This document shows, piece by piece, positions 1-9,388 of a DNA stretch of 10,305 bases. The stretch is from a bacterium (GTDB taxonomy: Bacteria; SAR324; NAC60-12). Where the stretch lies: the NCBI GenBank assembly GCA_965233585.1, contig CBDDTI010000197.1:1-10305 (forward strand). The letters run 5' to 3'. A model generated the notes under the pieces. That model saw only the letters and a program-made list of their open reading frames with translations. It was not told the DNA's origin and did no database searches. A program made the translations under genes and the position numbers. How positions within the stretch are numbered: the first letter of the stretch is position 1; each line of letters opens with the position of its first letter.

Positions 1-904
1 GATCTTGTTGGCAAAGAAAGCTGATCGACGGAATGGGACAAAATGTCTCCTCTCCTTATAACTGAAAAAAATTGTACTAATTCTGTTTGCACTGAAAGGT
101 CTAGGTCTCGACATATTGGCTCAGGAAGTATTTAAATTTCAATCCACTGATTATGAGTTTTGATTCTGATGGTATTGCTATAAATTATTTCCGCAGACAA
201 ATTAAATTCAAAGGGCGCTACCCCTACCTCCTCTTGTGCACTACGTGACCCTGATTTTGACCAATGAGGCGAAGATTGAGTGTTATGCAAACGTGGCCTA
301 GTGCTGAAAGGTAACCAGCAATCTCTTCATGTGTCCCGGTGCTGTTTACTCTGAGCATGGAGGTGAGGAGGGGTGGGGAGGTATGGGCCTATTAGAAACC
401 GAAAAACTGAGCAAAAAGCGCCGAAAACCGCAAAACCTCAAGAAAGTTCGTCTAAAACCGAAACTGAAAAGCCCTCACTGGCAAAGCTTTGGTAGGCTTC
501 AGAATCTCTCTTTCTGTGATTTTTAAAATTTTTATACGTCTAAACTTGTTTTACTTTCCGAAGAACTTTCTGCGTATTGCCTTGTTAGTGCAGAACTCAT
601 CGTAATCCAAAACTTTGCTTATTATTTTGTAAATGGGCTCCACAGTCCTTTTTAGGTGATTTTTGTTCAAAATTGCTTTTTGATTGCCATTGTCAGAATT
701 TTCATTTGTGTAGGCACAATGGCAACTGCATTTTACAACCATATCTACTTTATTTTACAACCAAACAAACATTCTCTCCTTTGCTTTTATTCCAGGTGAA
801 CGGAGCGAGTGAGTGCAATGGTAATCCCGCAACGGAGCTATAGCAACTCGATGGTCCAGTCTAAGGTCCACAAGATATTATATCAGCTCCTTGATATTTG
901 AGAA

Positions 905-1247
905 TAGTCTTTTGCAGGGAGGCAGCGTGGGCGAGTGGTTAGGGCGCCGGACTTGAAATCCGGAGATCACGGGTTCAAGTCCCGCTCTGACCACTTAGCA
1001 GGAGTTGTTTCTCGGTGGACCCTAGTTCAGCTCCTCGGTCATGCTTGTAAATAGCCAACTGGTCTGCCTCCCGCCAGTTGGGATTTTTAAGCCTGTTATG
1101 TTCATTTGAAATATTTGTTTCCTTCAGTTTGAGTGGCATGTCTGTGAACTAGCTTGGTGTAGCTAAGTGCATGACCACTATAAACAAACATTTGACATTT
1201 TTGCTCAGCAGCCTTTACGACCCAAATAACGGCTGCTAAACAGACTA
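905..1247. mobile_element. About 50-bp mini inverted-repeat element split by the SINE
   Basis: TAGTCT (905-910) plus GCTCAGCAGCC (1203-1213) approximates the reverse complement of GGCTGCTAAACAGACTA (1231-1247; rc TAGTCTGTTTAGCAGCC). Confidence 0.5.
916..1198 (+). mobile_element. tRNA-derived SINE, apparently full length (resembles cnidarian Nin/Deu-core SINEs)
   Basis: tRNA-like head 921-993 with A box TGGGCGAGTGG (928-938), anticodon-like arm CCGGA-CTTGAAA-TCCGG (947-963) and B box GGTTCAAGTCC (972-982). Body hairpin CCAACTGG/CCAGTTGG (1055-1062/1074-1081). Short repeat tail AAACATTTGACATT. Candidate target-site duplication TTTTGC at 910-915 and 1199-1204. The family assignment is from memory and less certain than the SINE call. 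Confidence 0.9.
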
Positions 1248-2776
1248 AGCTTGCCATCCATTCCTCTAAAAGAAAGGATGAAACGCTATATGTGGTGTCT
1301 AGGAATTGCTGTTTTAGCGCGACTGCAGGGTGTAACTTGCTTGGCAAAACCAGAAAAACCGTAAAATGCATTTCACGGTGAAATCCGAAAACCACCATCA
1401 TTGTTGACAAAAACAGAAAACTAGAGACTAAATTGGAGAAAACCCCTAAACCGCGCACGACAAAAAGACTGAAAAACCGCAGTTTTTAAGTTGAGATTTA
1501 CACGAGTGATTAGCATTTATAAACGTTCCATCGGTTAACCTAGGCACAGTATTCCTTGGTGGAATGCCATTGTGGCTCCCTTGGCTTGATACGACAGTAG
1601 ATATACATGTATATTGAGGCTATTGACAACATTGCATATTAAATTGATACTCCGCTCCAACGGGACATAAAAACAGCGTTTGCCATCGGCGCTCTTTTAC
1701 ACCTGCATAAGAATTTATTTTTCCTGCAGAGCCCTTCAGGATTGCAAAACAGTTGTCCCAATGCTACAAACTTATCTGAGTGTTTGGAAGGTGCGAATAT
1801 TTCAAAGACTATAGCTTCAGTTTGATCTAACAAGGTTAGAAAACATAAGTCTGTCTCTCTGAAATTTCAGTTCTCATGATGTTGATATATAGCACATGCA
1901 TAAGCCGGAATATACATATTAATACATGCTTTACAGACGAGTCTTTACTTTTATTGACATGCAGTGATTGTTGCCAACCGATGAGGAGAACTAACTGGTG
2001 ACGCACTTTCAAAAGGAATGAACTCTCTCTGAAGCGATGGCCGTTTAAACCCAGGTTTGTGAGGCAGTGTATAAGTACAGGTATGAATTCTTTATTTGCT
2101 TTTATGCCTGGATCACCACAGAATAACAGATTCAAAGATCATTCAAAGAGCTTCAATTGGATTCCCAAATCAGGATCTTGCTCCATTCAGATCAGTCCGC
2201 TTTGTCCATCAAAAAATTTACCCAGTGACTTCAGGTTTTTTTCTTAAGAAAAACGAAATGAACTTAGCGATACAGTTTCACCAACAAATACATGTACTAC
2301 AGCTCGAAGATTAGTAACGCCACAGGCGTCCCATGATGATGCGGCACACTTGAGGTGACTATAGTTAAAATGTAACAATTCGATTTGCGTGGGAAAGCAA
2401 ATCAGTATATGTAACATTGTTTTGAACCGTCAACTAAATGTGATTTATTTAAGGATCACACTTTCAGCTCCAAACATACAGAATAATTTTTCAGCATTGC
2501 AAATAACACATTGTTGAACAAGAAGCGAGTGTGCAACTTGAAAAGTGGAGTGCTTGTCAAATTTTTCCGTTGCTTCATAGCGAGTCAAGAAATGCTGGGA
2601 TTTTGAAATAAGAGAAAAAAGAAAACTGTAGTCAACGTTTTGTTGGGATAATCGAAATATTGAACCGTCTGTGAGATCAGTTATTTGTTTTTCTCGAATC
2701 TTGGACTTCTCATCCACATGCACAATGGAAGAAAACTGCACGTCGCCGTTCCTCGAGAATGATGCCGGCTGTTCAG

Positions 2777-2798
2777 AAAAAAAAAAAAAAAAAAAAAA
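2777..2798. repeat. A22 homopolymer
   Basis: Uninterrupted run of 22 A. On the minus strand it reads T22-CTGAACAG, a strong splice-acceptor-like context. Confidence 0.95.
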
Positions 2799-4055
2799 TG
2801 TTTTGTAACCTCGGCTTTCAGCTGTTAGGCGACTCAATTATGTTGTTTTCGTCCATACGTCAAGGAAACGATGCTAATAACAGAAATTGTGGATGGTCAT
2901 TATAAGCAAAGACTGCTGATGGTCATCTAAAATATATCATTGCAGTGGAACTCGTTTAAGTAAACTGTAAGACGACAAATGTCATTCACTCTCGCTTAAA
3001 TTAAATTTATTATTATAGTTGCAAGTTGAACCTTATGTTACTTTTAATGACTTCAACAGGAGTGCCATAGTCTTTAGTCGGAGTTCATCTACTTTTTGCA
3101 ATTGGTGTTATATCTTTCCTAGGATAAAATGTAAACAAAAGGGCTGTCACTATACAGTGAAACCTGTTGACATCAGTGCTGTGCATGTGATAGAATGTGA
3201 AAGTAAATTTAATGTTTAACTATAGCTATTGTAAGATACAAGACTGCTAACTGAACGTATTGCTCGTAGGGACATTTTTAATTGCATGCTAACATATCAT
3301 TACTTGCATCTCGAATTTAGAACTTTCACTCGATTTAATGGTGTACATTAATTAATTATGGTACCTGTTTAAAAATAGCAGAATTTAAGAATATTTGCGT
3401 GATAAAAACAGCTCTCGACCTGAGGCACACAACGTGGCTTAGAAACAGTCTACAAACAAAAAAAGTAAATAATTGATTCAACAATTATCTTGTTCCCCTC
3501 ATATCTACCAACACTGAGGTGCGCATTTAATTGCCGTGCGGTCAGTATGCCAATGCTAAAATTAGAAAAATCGTCCTAAATTCACGTGCAAGAAAATTTA
3601 ACAAACTCTGTTCTGCCACAAGAGAGAGCGAGCGGCTCATTAATTTTGTGAAATATTAAACTTTGTGCCACACATAACATGGAGCCACAACCCTAAAGCC
3701 ACAAAGCTTTCTATTCTATTCAAACAAACCGTTCTATTTTGAGCTCATCAAGCAGTGAAAATAAATTTTGCCGTACAATATCCCTCGTGTAATAGTGACA
3801 CCCAAATGAAAGTGCTAATTGAGACAGGTTTATGAAAATATCAAGCGAAAAATCTATAACTATACTTTAGTTATAAATTTTTCGCTAGACAAACTTCTCC
3901 CAACGGTCACCCCGATGATACGGTTAGTTTTTTTTTGTCTCCATTTGAGCTCCAACGAAGCCAGGACGTGCTGCTAATACGGACACCTCGATAACAAAGA
4001 CTTTCTGTCTGCCAGTTTGGCGCCTTCGGCCTCTGTGGTAAATTAAACGTACAAT

Positions 4056-4181
4056 TAGACCTTTTCAGTTATTTTAGTTTTCTTCACCAAATTGGCATTG
4101 GAGTAGCTTAGATCAGTTCAGTTCAGTACAGCGTGCACGTAAGCAGAACTGAGCGTTGGAAAACTAAATTAATTCGATCTA
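4056..4181. repeat. Degenerate short palindromic (MITE-like) element
   Basis: TTTAGTTTTC (4073-4082) / GAAAACTAAA (4159-4168), TCAGTTC (4113-4119) / GAACTGA (4146-4152), internal palindrome CGTGCACG (4132-4139), and outer TAGAC.../...GATCTA. Confidence 0.35.
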
Positions 4182-4654
4182 TTAAATCACAACGTTTTGA
4201 TCAAGGAAATCTTAAAGTTTTCAATAGGTTTTAATGATCTATTCGAGATTTTATAGTACACTTTCGTTACCTTTGCAGAAACTAGCTAGCTGACTAGTTC
4301 CAGCTGCATTGGGGGCCATCTTTTCCCTTTTACAATAATACAGATTGCGGTAACAGAGCTTTGTCCGGTGTTATGTCTGTTAGGCACATCGCTTCCTTAA
4401 GTGCCCGAGTCTTTGCACATAGGAAGAAATAAGGCTTCCCCATGGATTGGCTAAGTCTTTAAGCTGATATCTTGGTAGGGTAAAATATTTTTTCTGAAGC
4501 AGAAGATATATAAAATTATCTTCAAATGCCAGTGGGGTGTACGCACACGTAAACAAGGTATGTCATCAAAGTGACAAGGTATTTCGATGCTTGATATGAT
4601 CTATGCATGCAAGTCTTATGGGAGAACTTAGTGAATAATGAATAATGAATTTGT

Positions 4655-4948
4655 TTATTCCACTGATCTAAAGAAGTTTAGAAGTAATTACTTTGACTGC
4701 ACCATGCGTAAGTTCACACCTGATAGCTTCAAAACTGATAGAATATTTTACTGATATTCTAGTTTTTCATTAATGTGATCTTAAGTTTTATGTGATCTCT
4801 ATTTTTTATAATACCCTCGTATTTTGTCATTTTAGTATTTTTATTGTCTGTAATTAGAAATGTTGTATCTTAGTTTCATAGGGCCATAAGGGAGACTACA
4901 GTCTTGACTGTAATTATGCACCCTATTGAAATAAAGTGTCATTCATTC
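4655..4948 (+). mobile_element. 5'-truncated non-LTR retrotransposon 3' end (CR1/L2-group-like)
   Basis: Short open frame STDLKKFRSNYFDCTMRKFTPDSFKTDRIFY* (4659-4754), then a T-rich 3'UTR, a terminal stem-loop TACAGT-CTTG-ACTGTA (4898-4913), AATAAA (4930-4935) and a (CATT)n tail. GAATTTGT occurs on both sides (4647-4654, 4951-4958) and is a possible TSD. Confidence 0.6.
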
Positions 4949-5377
4949 GGGAATTTGTCATGTTCCTAGAGCAATTGTATTTTCACAGCCTTGCTTTTCC
5001 AAATTTCCAAAATGCAGTTATTTTCTCATTCTTAGCAGCTTCTAGCATCGTGTGTTGCTTTTAAAGAGTTTAGAAATCATATTTGGTGGTTTTCTGGAAA
5101 TTGGTCTCACGTGTGTCATCTACCATATTGGCAGTTTTACATCAAGTAGAAAAAAGAAACATACAATCCAGAAAGAATATCGAAATAAAACTAACAAAAT
5201 ATACATACTATGCATTTACAGACACAGAACTGGATAATTGTCTGTCTCTGTTATTTTTTGGTTCGCCTTTCCCTTCTCGACAATGTGTTCTTATGGTACA
5301 GGCCGCATTTCACGTATCATATCAGTGCGAGGAACTGGTGACGGATTCTTGCTGCTAAACATTCTCTGTTCTGCCCT

Positions 5378-5917
5378 ATAAGGTATTTCAAATGACGTCA
5401 CGGTAGCCATATTGGTGTCCCAAAAACTAAGAACGCTGTAGCTTTATGACCGGCAGCCAGTCAAGGTTTTAAAAAGACTAAACGGCTAGCAGTGAGACTT
5501 GAAGTAAAACAGCGTAATAAGAACACTGTGATAGGTGTCCCCAACTAAGAAGAATTGAACCTGGAATGCGCGCTTGCGGAATTTGTTAAGTATATACATA
5601 TCGTGTTACCCTTACCATTATTGAACTCTAACTGAAAGCAGCCTAATAGAAGAGCTATTTGGGCTAACCGGAATGCTTTTTAGGCTGACCAGAGGGCTAT
5701 TTGGTCTAAACTAGAAAAATGTTTTGACTGCCGGTCATTTAGTCGATATAAAACTTTGACCGGCTGCTGGTCAGTTAGACGCTTCGAACAAAGGAATAAT
5801 TCTTTCCCAAACCAATTCTTTTGAAAGTTGAACTTTTTGCTTAAATGAGCACTTTAAGCACACCTTTGTCCCAATAAATTTGCATGTCTGCTGGCCACTC
5901 GAATGAAAACAGTTTAT
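5378..5917. mobile_element. MITE-like interspersed repeat split into two halves (5378-5435 and 5806-5917)
   Basis: Left half ...TTTCAAATGACGTCACGGTAGCCATATTGGTGTCCCAAAA and right half CCCAAACCAAT...GTTGAACT...CCAATAAATTTGCATG...GCTGGCCAC...TGAAAAC match my recollection of a common coral repeat of about 170 bp. Imperfect terminal inverted match ATAAGGTATTTCA / TGAAAACAGTTTAT. Confidence 0.6.
5447..5773. mobile_element. MITE with about 52-bp imperfect terminal inverted repeats
   Basis: 5447-5498 TGACCGGCAGCCAGTCAAGGTTTTAAAAAGACTAAACGGCTAGCAGTGAGAC versus rc of 5721-5773 TGACCAGCAGCCGGTCAAAGTTTTATATCGACTAAATGACCGGCAGTCAAAAC. Internal direct repeat GCTATTTGG(G/T)CTAA near 5654 and 5696. No ORF. 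Confidence 0.75.
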
Positions 5918-6528
5918 CCAATTAAAATGCAATTATCGAAGCGTTGATTTAGAATGCCAAGCTAGCCCCCAAATAATATTTTAACTGTTTAATATTTTAG
6001 CGCCAGCATGCAATTTATAGGGAGACAAGATTTTGATAGAACCTGAAGTCAAAAGCAAGTAAATATTTACCTAAATATGTTATATTCCGGTTTATTGCTT
6101 GAACTACAGTAATTTAATTACTAATGTTAGAATATATGGATGATGACACGTCGATTTTTGGATACTGGCCCTTTCACTGAGGCCCCTTCTGGACACAAAA
6201 GAATCTCTTTTTTCCTTTTTGAGCTCGATGAATAGATTGGCAACGAGAACTATTATTTAAAAGTGCAACCTAAGTGCAATCTTTTTAATAAGATGGAAAT
6301 TCAAGCCTGTTTACCCGTCTTGGGGATCCAATCAAGATATGTTCACAGCAAGGTTCTGAAACCACATAAGCCAACCACAATACAAAATTTTTCTTCAGCT
6401 GCTTACTTTCCGAATTGATTTATCGGTTTACAAATAGCATGCTGCGAAAAATCACTTATCATCACTTTTTAATAGCAGCAAAACTCAGAATTTTTGTGAT
6501 TCACTTTCCTTTTCTAACACTTCTCTAG

Positions 6529-6651
6529 CTTTTCGGGTGAGGCTTCGAGAGCCATATATGAATTACTTGAGGTGATTGCGGCGACTTGCATGATGTCCAA
6601 GTTCCTTGGAACCTCTTAGTTCGGGTGAATCCAAGTTGCTGCCTTTCAGAG
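6529..6651 (+). other. Candidate spliced exon, apparently non-coding
   Basis: Acceptor TTTCCTTTTCTAACACTTCTCTAG (CTAAC branch-like motif, pyrimidine tract) and consensus donor GAG|GTAAGT. Length 123 bp, with stops in all three frames. Confidence 0.4.
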
Positions 6652-8333
6652 GTAAGTTGTTAAGCGTTCAGTACAGATGCTTTAAACGTTTGCACACCGA
6701 GCTTACAAAAACTAGTTACTGCTTTGATAATTCAAGTTCTTCCTGTATGCAGGGAGTTTCTTGAAATGTTTTAAAAATATGTATCGTCTCAGATTGTTGA
6801 ATTTGTGTTAACCGAAGGCGTCACTTCAACTTGTCAAAATATGCCGCAGTTTACACAACATTAAAATCATCCTGGCATGAAACGTTGAAAGTTCAGCTTG
6901 CAAAATAACAAAAAAAGCTTACTATATCAATTGAAGAAAGTGTCAAATTTTATCAGGTCGCGTCTGTCAGAGAGTTTACTTCCACTGAGAAACATAAGGA
7001 AATTACTTTTTTACTCAAATAATGTTTTGTTATTTAATTTCTTAATATACTGGATGCAAACTGCTTGATGGAAATTCTAGTTTTCCACAACTAAATAGCC
7101 TAGAAATACAATCTGGTATTAATGCAAGGAAAGTGTGTAAAACAAACGGAGCAGCAATATTTTGTATTTTTTGCCTAACACAGTCTGAGCAAACCTGATT
7201 GAGATCGACATCAAGCCTTTGCAAGAAATGTACAAACCATAGGAGCAAATTACAAACCACTGATCGCTTTGAAAGTGGCTAGTCTTGAAATGTCGTTGAC
7301 TTATCTGAAAGAGCTATAAATTGTAATCAATTCTATAATTATTTCTGTCATTTTGAGAGACAATCTACAGTTTGCGTTAATCGCATACGGATTCTACATG
7401 CATGCAGACTGTACAAGAAGACAGCAATTTTCCAACTGTTTTTGATTATATATTTAAATTGTGGTTAGACTCATGCTGGTTTTTTTATGAAATCTCTTAA
7501 CAAGCTTTTCTAGACAGGTGTGATAGACAAATAAAGAAACTGTGAATGCTTGTCAAAATTAAACTACGAGGGCGCCGTTTTCCAAAAATAAAAAATCAAA
7601 GTGCGCTATGAACAAACTTGGGAATTTGACGATGAATAATGATTAATATGAGCTTTGCATAATATGGAAGAACTGTTTTCATAAAAAAGATAACAACAAA
7701 CAAAAAAACAAAACAAAAATAAAAACGCTAATGTGTATACAATGAGCTTCTTTAACTTTCTATAAAGATCTTTTCTCCGGCGGGACTTCATGCCCACAGC
7801 AGAAATATGGTTTTAAAACAGCTTTCCAAGGCTGCAAGACGAAGTTGACGGATATAAGCCCAGTTTTTCGTGACTTTAATGGACCATTACCAACGTAGAC
7901 TCTTCCCGAGCGTTTACTTCACTGTTTCGTGAAGTACACCGGAGCGTAACACATTCTGGTAGAGATGTCAAAACAGCGGTATTTGGAAAACTTAACATAC
8001 TATCAATTAGCCTCTCATTAGGATAATCTGATCCCCCATTAGAACCAGTAACTCACGAGTCAAAAAAGGTAAAACTAGTAGTAATCAAAGATTATGAGAG
8101 TGCGTTCGACGCCGTAACTTTAATACAGATACCTTAAATGATTAACCTGTCCGACTTTCAACCTCTGTCTACTGCTAAAATCAAAAACTTTTCATCAACA
8201 ACCGGGTTTTTACAGAAGATATTCAGTGACAAAGTCCATGCCATTCACTCTTGTCACACGGCGGCCATATTGGATATTTTAGGCATGAAGTCGAGGCGAT
8301 GCGTGGCTAATCTCAGGTTTGCAGTCATAAATC

Positions 8334-8760
8334 ATGCCAAACAAAGATTTCAGTGTGCGCTGATGTGCCCTTGTGTTCAAATAACAGATCAAAAGGCAAA
8401 TTAGGAATTACCTTCCATCGCATTTCAGTCGACAAATATGCAAAGGAAAGCTGGATTGTGAGAATTCGTGGAGATGTTGGCAAAAACTTCCAGGTTAGTG
8501 ACTGTGGTTTGCGACTTCAAGCTAAGCAAGCTTTATCTGTAATCAATTTGTTCAAAGTAATTTGATCGACTAGAATTATATGTAGAGCCGAGCTGCTGTT
8601 TTACTACGTTCCTTCTGTACTTTTATTGCCCGTAATAAAACGTTACAATTGTTCTTTAGATTTCGAGAAGCAAAGGTTTGCTCGGAATATTTTAAACCAT
8701 CAGACTTTCGAACGACCTTCTCTGGAAAACTTGAAGAAAGGTTCAGTTCCTTCTGCATTT
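8334..8760 (+). pseudogene. THAP zinc-finger domain pseudogene (probable transposase N-terminus), two exons, left copy
   Basis: ATG at 8334 (MPNKDF), frameshift, then CADVPLCSNNRSKGKLGITFHRISVDKYAKESWIVRIRGDVGKNFQ. Intron 8494-8659 (CAG|GTTAGT...TTCTTTAG, 166 bp). Exon 2 gives KVCSEYFKPSDFRTTFSG, frameshift, LKKGSVPSAF. This follows the THAP pattern C-x2-4-C...FHxFP...W...VCSxHF...DF...LKxxAVPT, with His replaced by Tyr and several frameshifts. Confidence 0.85.
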
Positions 8761-9240
8761 GTTGATTGTTTGGAGAAGGCATTGTCCCGGGCATTGTCCA
8801 ACAGAGCACAGAAGGAACTGAACCTTTCCTCAAATTATACACGTATCCCAGAGAAGGTCGTTCGAAAGTCTGCCGATGGTTTAAAATATTCCGAGCAAAC
8901 CTTAGCATTTTTGCTTCTTGAAATCTAAAGAACAATTGTAACGTTTTATTACGGGCAATAAAAGTACAGAGGGAACGTAGTAAAACAGCAGCTCGGCTCT
9001 ACATATAATTCTAGTCGATCAAATTACTTTGAACAAATTGATTACAGATAAAGCTTGCTTAGCTTGAAGTCGCAAACCACAGTCACTAACCTGGAAGTTT
9101 TTGCCAACATCTCCACGAATTCTCACAATCCAGCTTTCCTTTGCACATTTGTCGACTGAAAAGCGATGGAAGGTAATTCCTAATTTGCCTTTTGATCTGT
9201 TATTTGAACACAAGGGCACATCAGGGCACACTGAAATCTT
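8344..9240. repeat. Long inverted repeat (fold-back): arms 8344-8755 (412 bp) and 8809-9240 (432 bp), 53-bp spacer
   Basis: Manual reverse-complement comparison gave about 5 substitutions and no indel over the outer ~325 bp. Three indels (net 8, 3 and 9 bp longer in the right arm) lie in the inner ~90 bp. The spacer carries GGCATTGTCC twice (8778-8787, 8790-8799). Confidence 0.98.
8790..9240 (-). pseudogene. THAP zinc-finger domain pseudogene, inverted right copy lacking the start codon
   Basis: CPDVPLCSNNRSKGKLGITFHRFSVDKCAKESWIVRIRGDVGKNFQ, a 166-bp GT-AG intron (9090-8925), then in frame ISRSKNAKVCSEYFKPSADFRTTFSGIRV*, with frameshifted NLRKGSVPSVLCW. Confidence 0.85.
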
Positions 9241-9388
9241 GGTTGTTTCTGTAGGTACCGGAGCACAGTATGCGTCATCGAACTGAGAATAAATTACTAC
9301 TGTGAAAGCGCATAATTAGGGTTAATTATTTTTAAAAACGAATAATTGAATGCCAGTTAAATCTCTTCGTAAATAATTATGTCTACCA

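Larger units (their letters stand above)
376..1488. mobile_element. Putative non-autonomous DNA element with AAAACCG-rich subterminal regions, right end truncated
   Basis: Starts GGGGAGGTATGGG. Dense clusters of AAAACCG variants in the same orientation at about 395-470 and about 1346-1480, flanking unrelated AT-rich sequence and the SINE. No matching right terminus is visible, so the boundaries are approximate. Confidence 0.5.

Noticed and set aside
921..993. Functional tRNA-Ser(TGA)
   Set aside because: The acceptor stem does not pair properly, there is no long variable arm and no oligo-T terminator, and the sequence continues into a SINE body and tail.
1102..1458. 118-aa minus-strand ORF (and 329-526 on the plus strand)
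   Set aside because: These span repeat junctions and low-complexity AAAACCG sequence, with no recognisable domain.
3975..3995. TAATACGGACACCTCGATAAC, resembling a Tc1/mariner-type MITE subterminal motif
   Set aside because: Too short and degenerate, and no partner inverted repeat was found.
7915..7936. Hairpin TACTTCAC-TGTTTC-GTGAAGTA
   Set aside because: Isolated 8-bp stem with no supporting context such as a U-tract or a Helitron CTRR end at the right spacing.
7783..8292. Inverted 11-mer GACTTCATGCC / GGCATGAAGTC (both ORFs read GMKSRR)
   Set aside because: The match does not extend, and 11-bp matches are expected by chance in 10 kb.
8576..8935. 119-aa and 100-aa overlapping ORFs as real genes
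   Set aside because: They are mirror-image artefacts of the inverted repeat, mostly out of the THAP frame and reading into the antisense arm.
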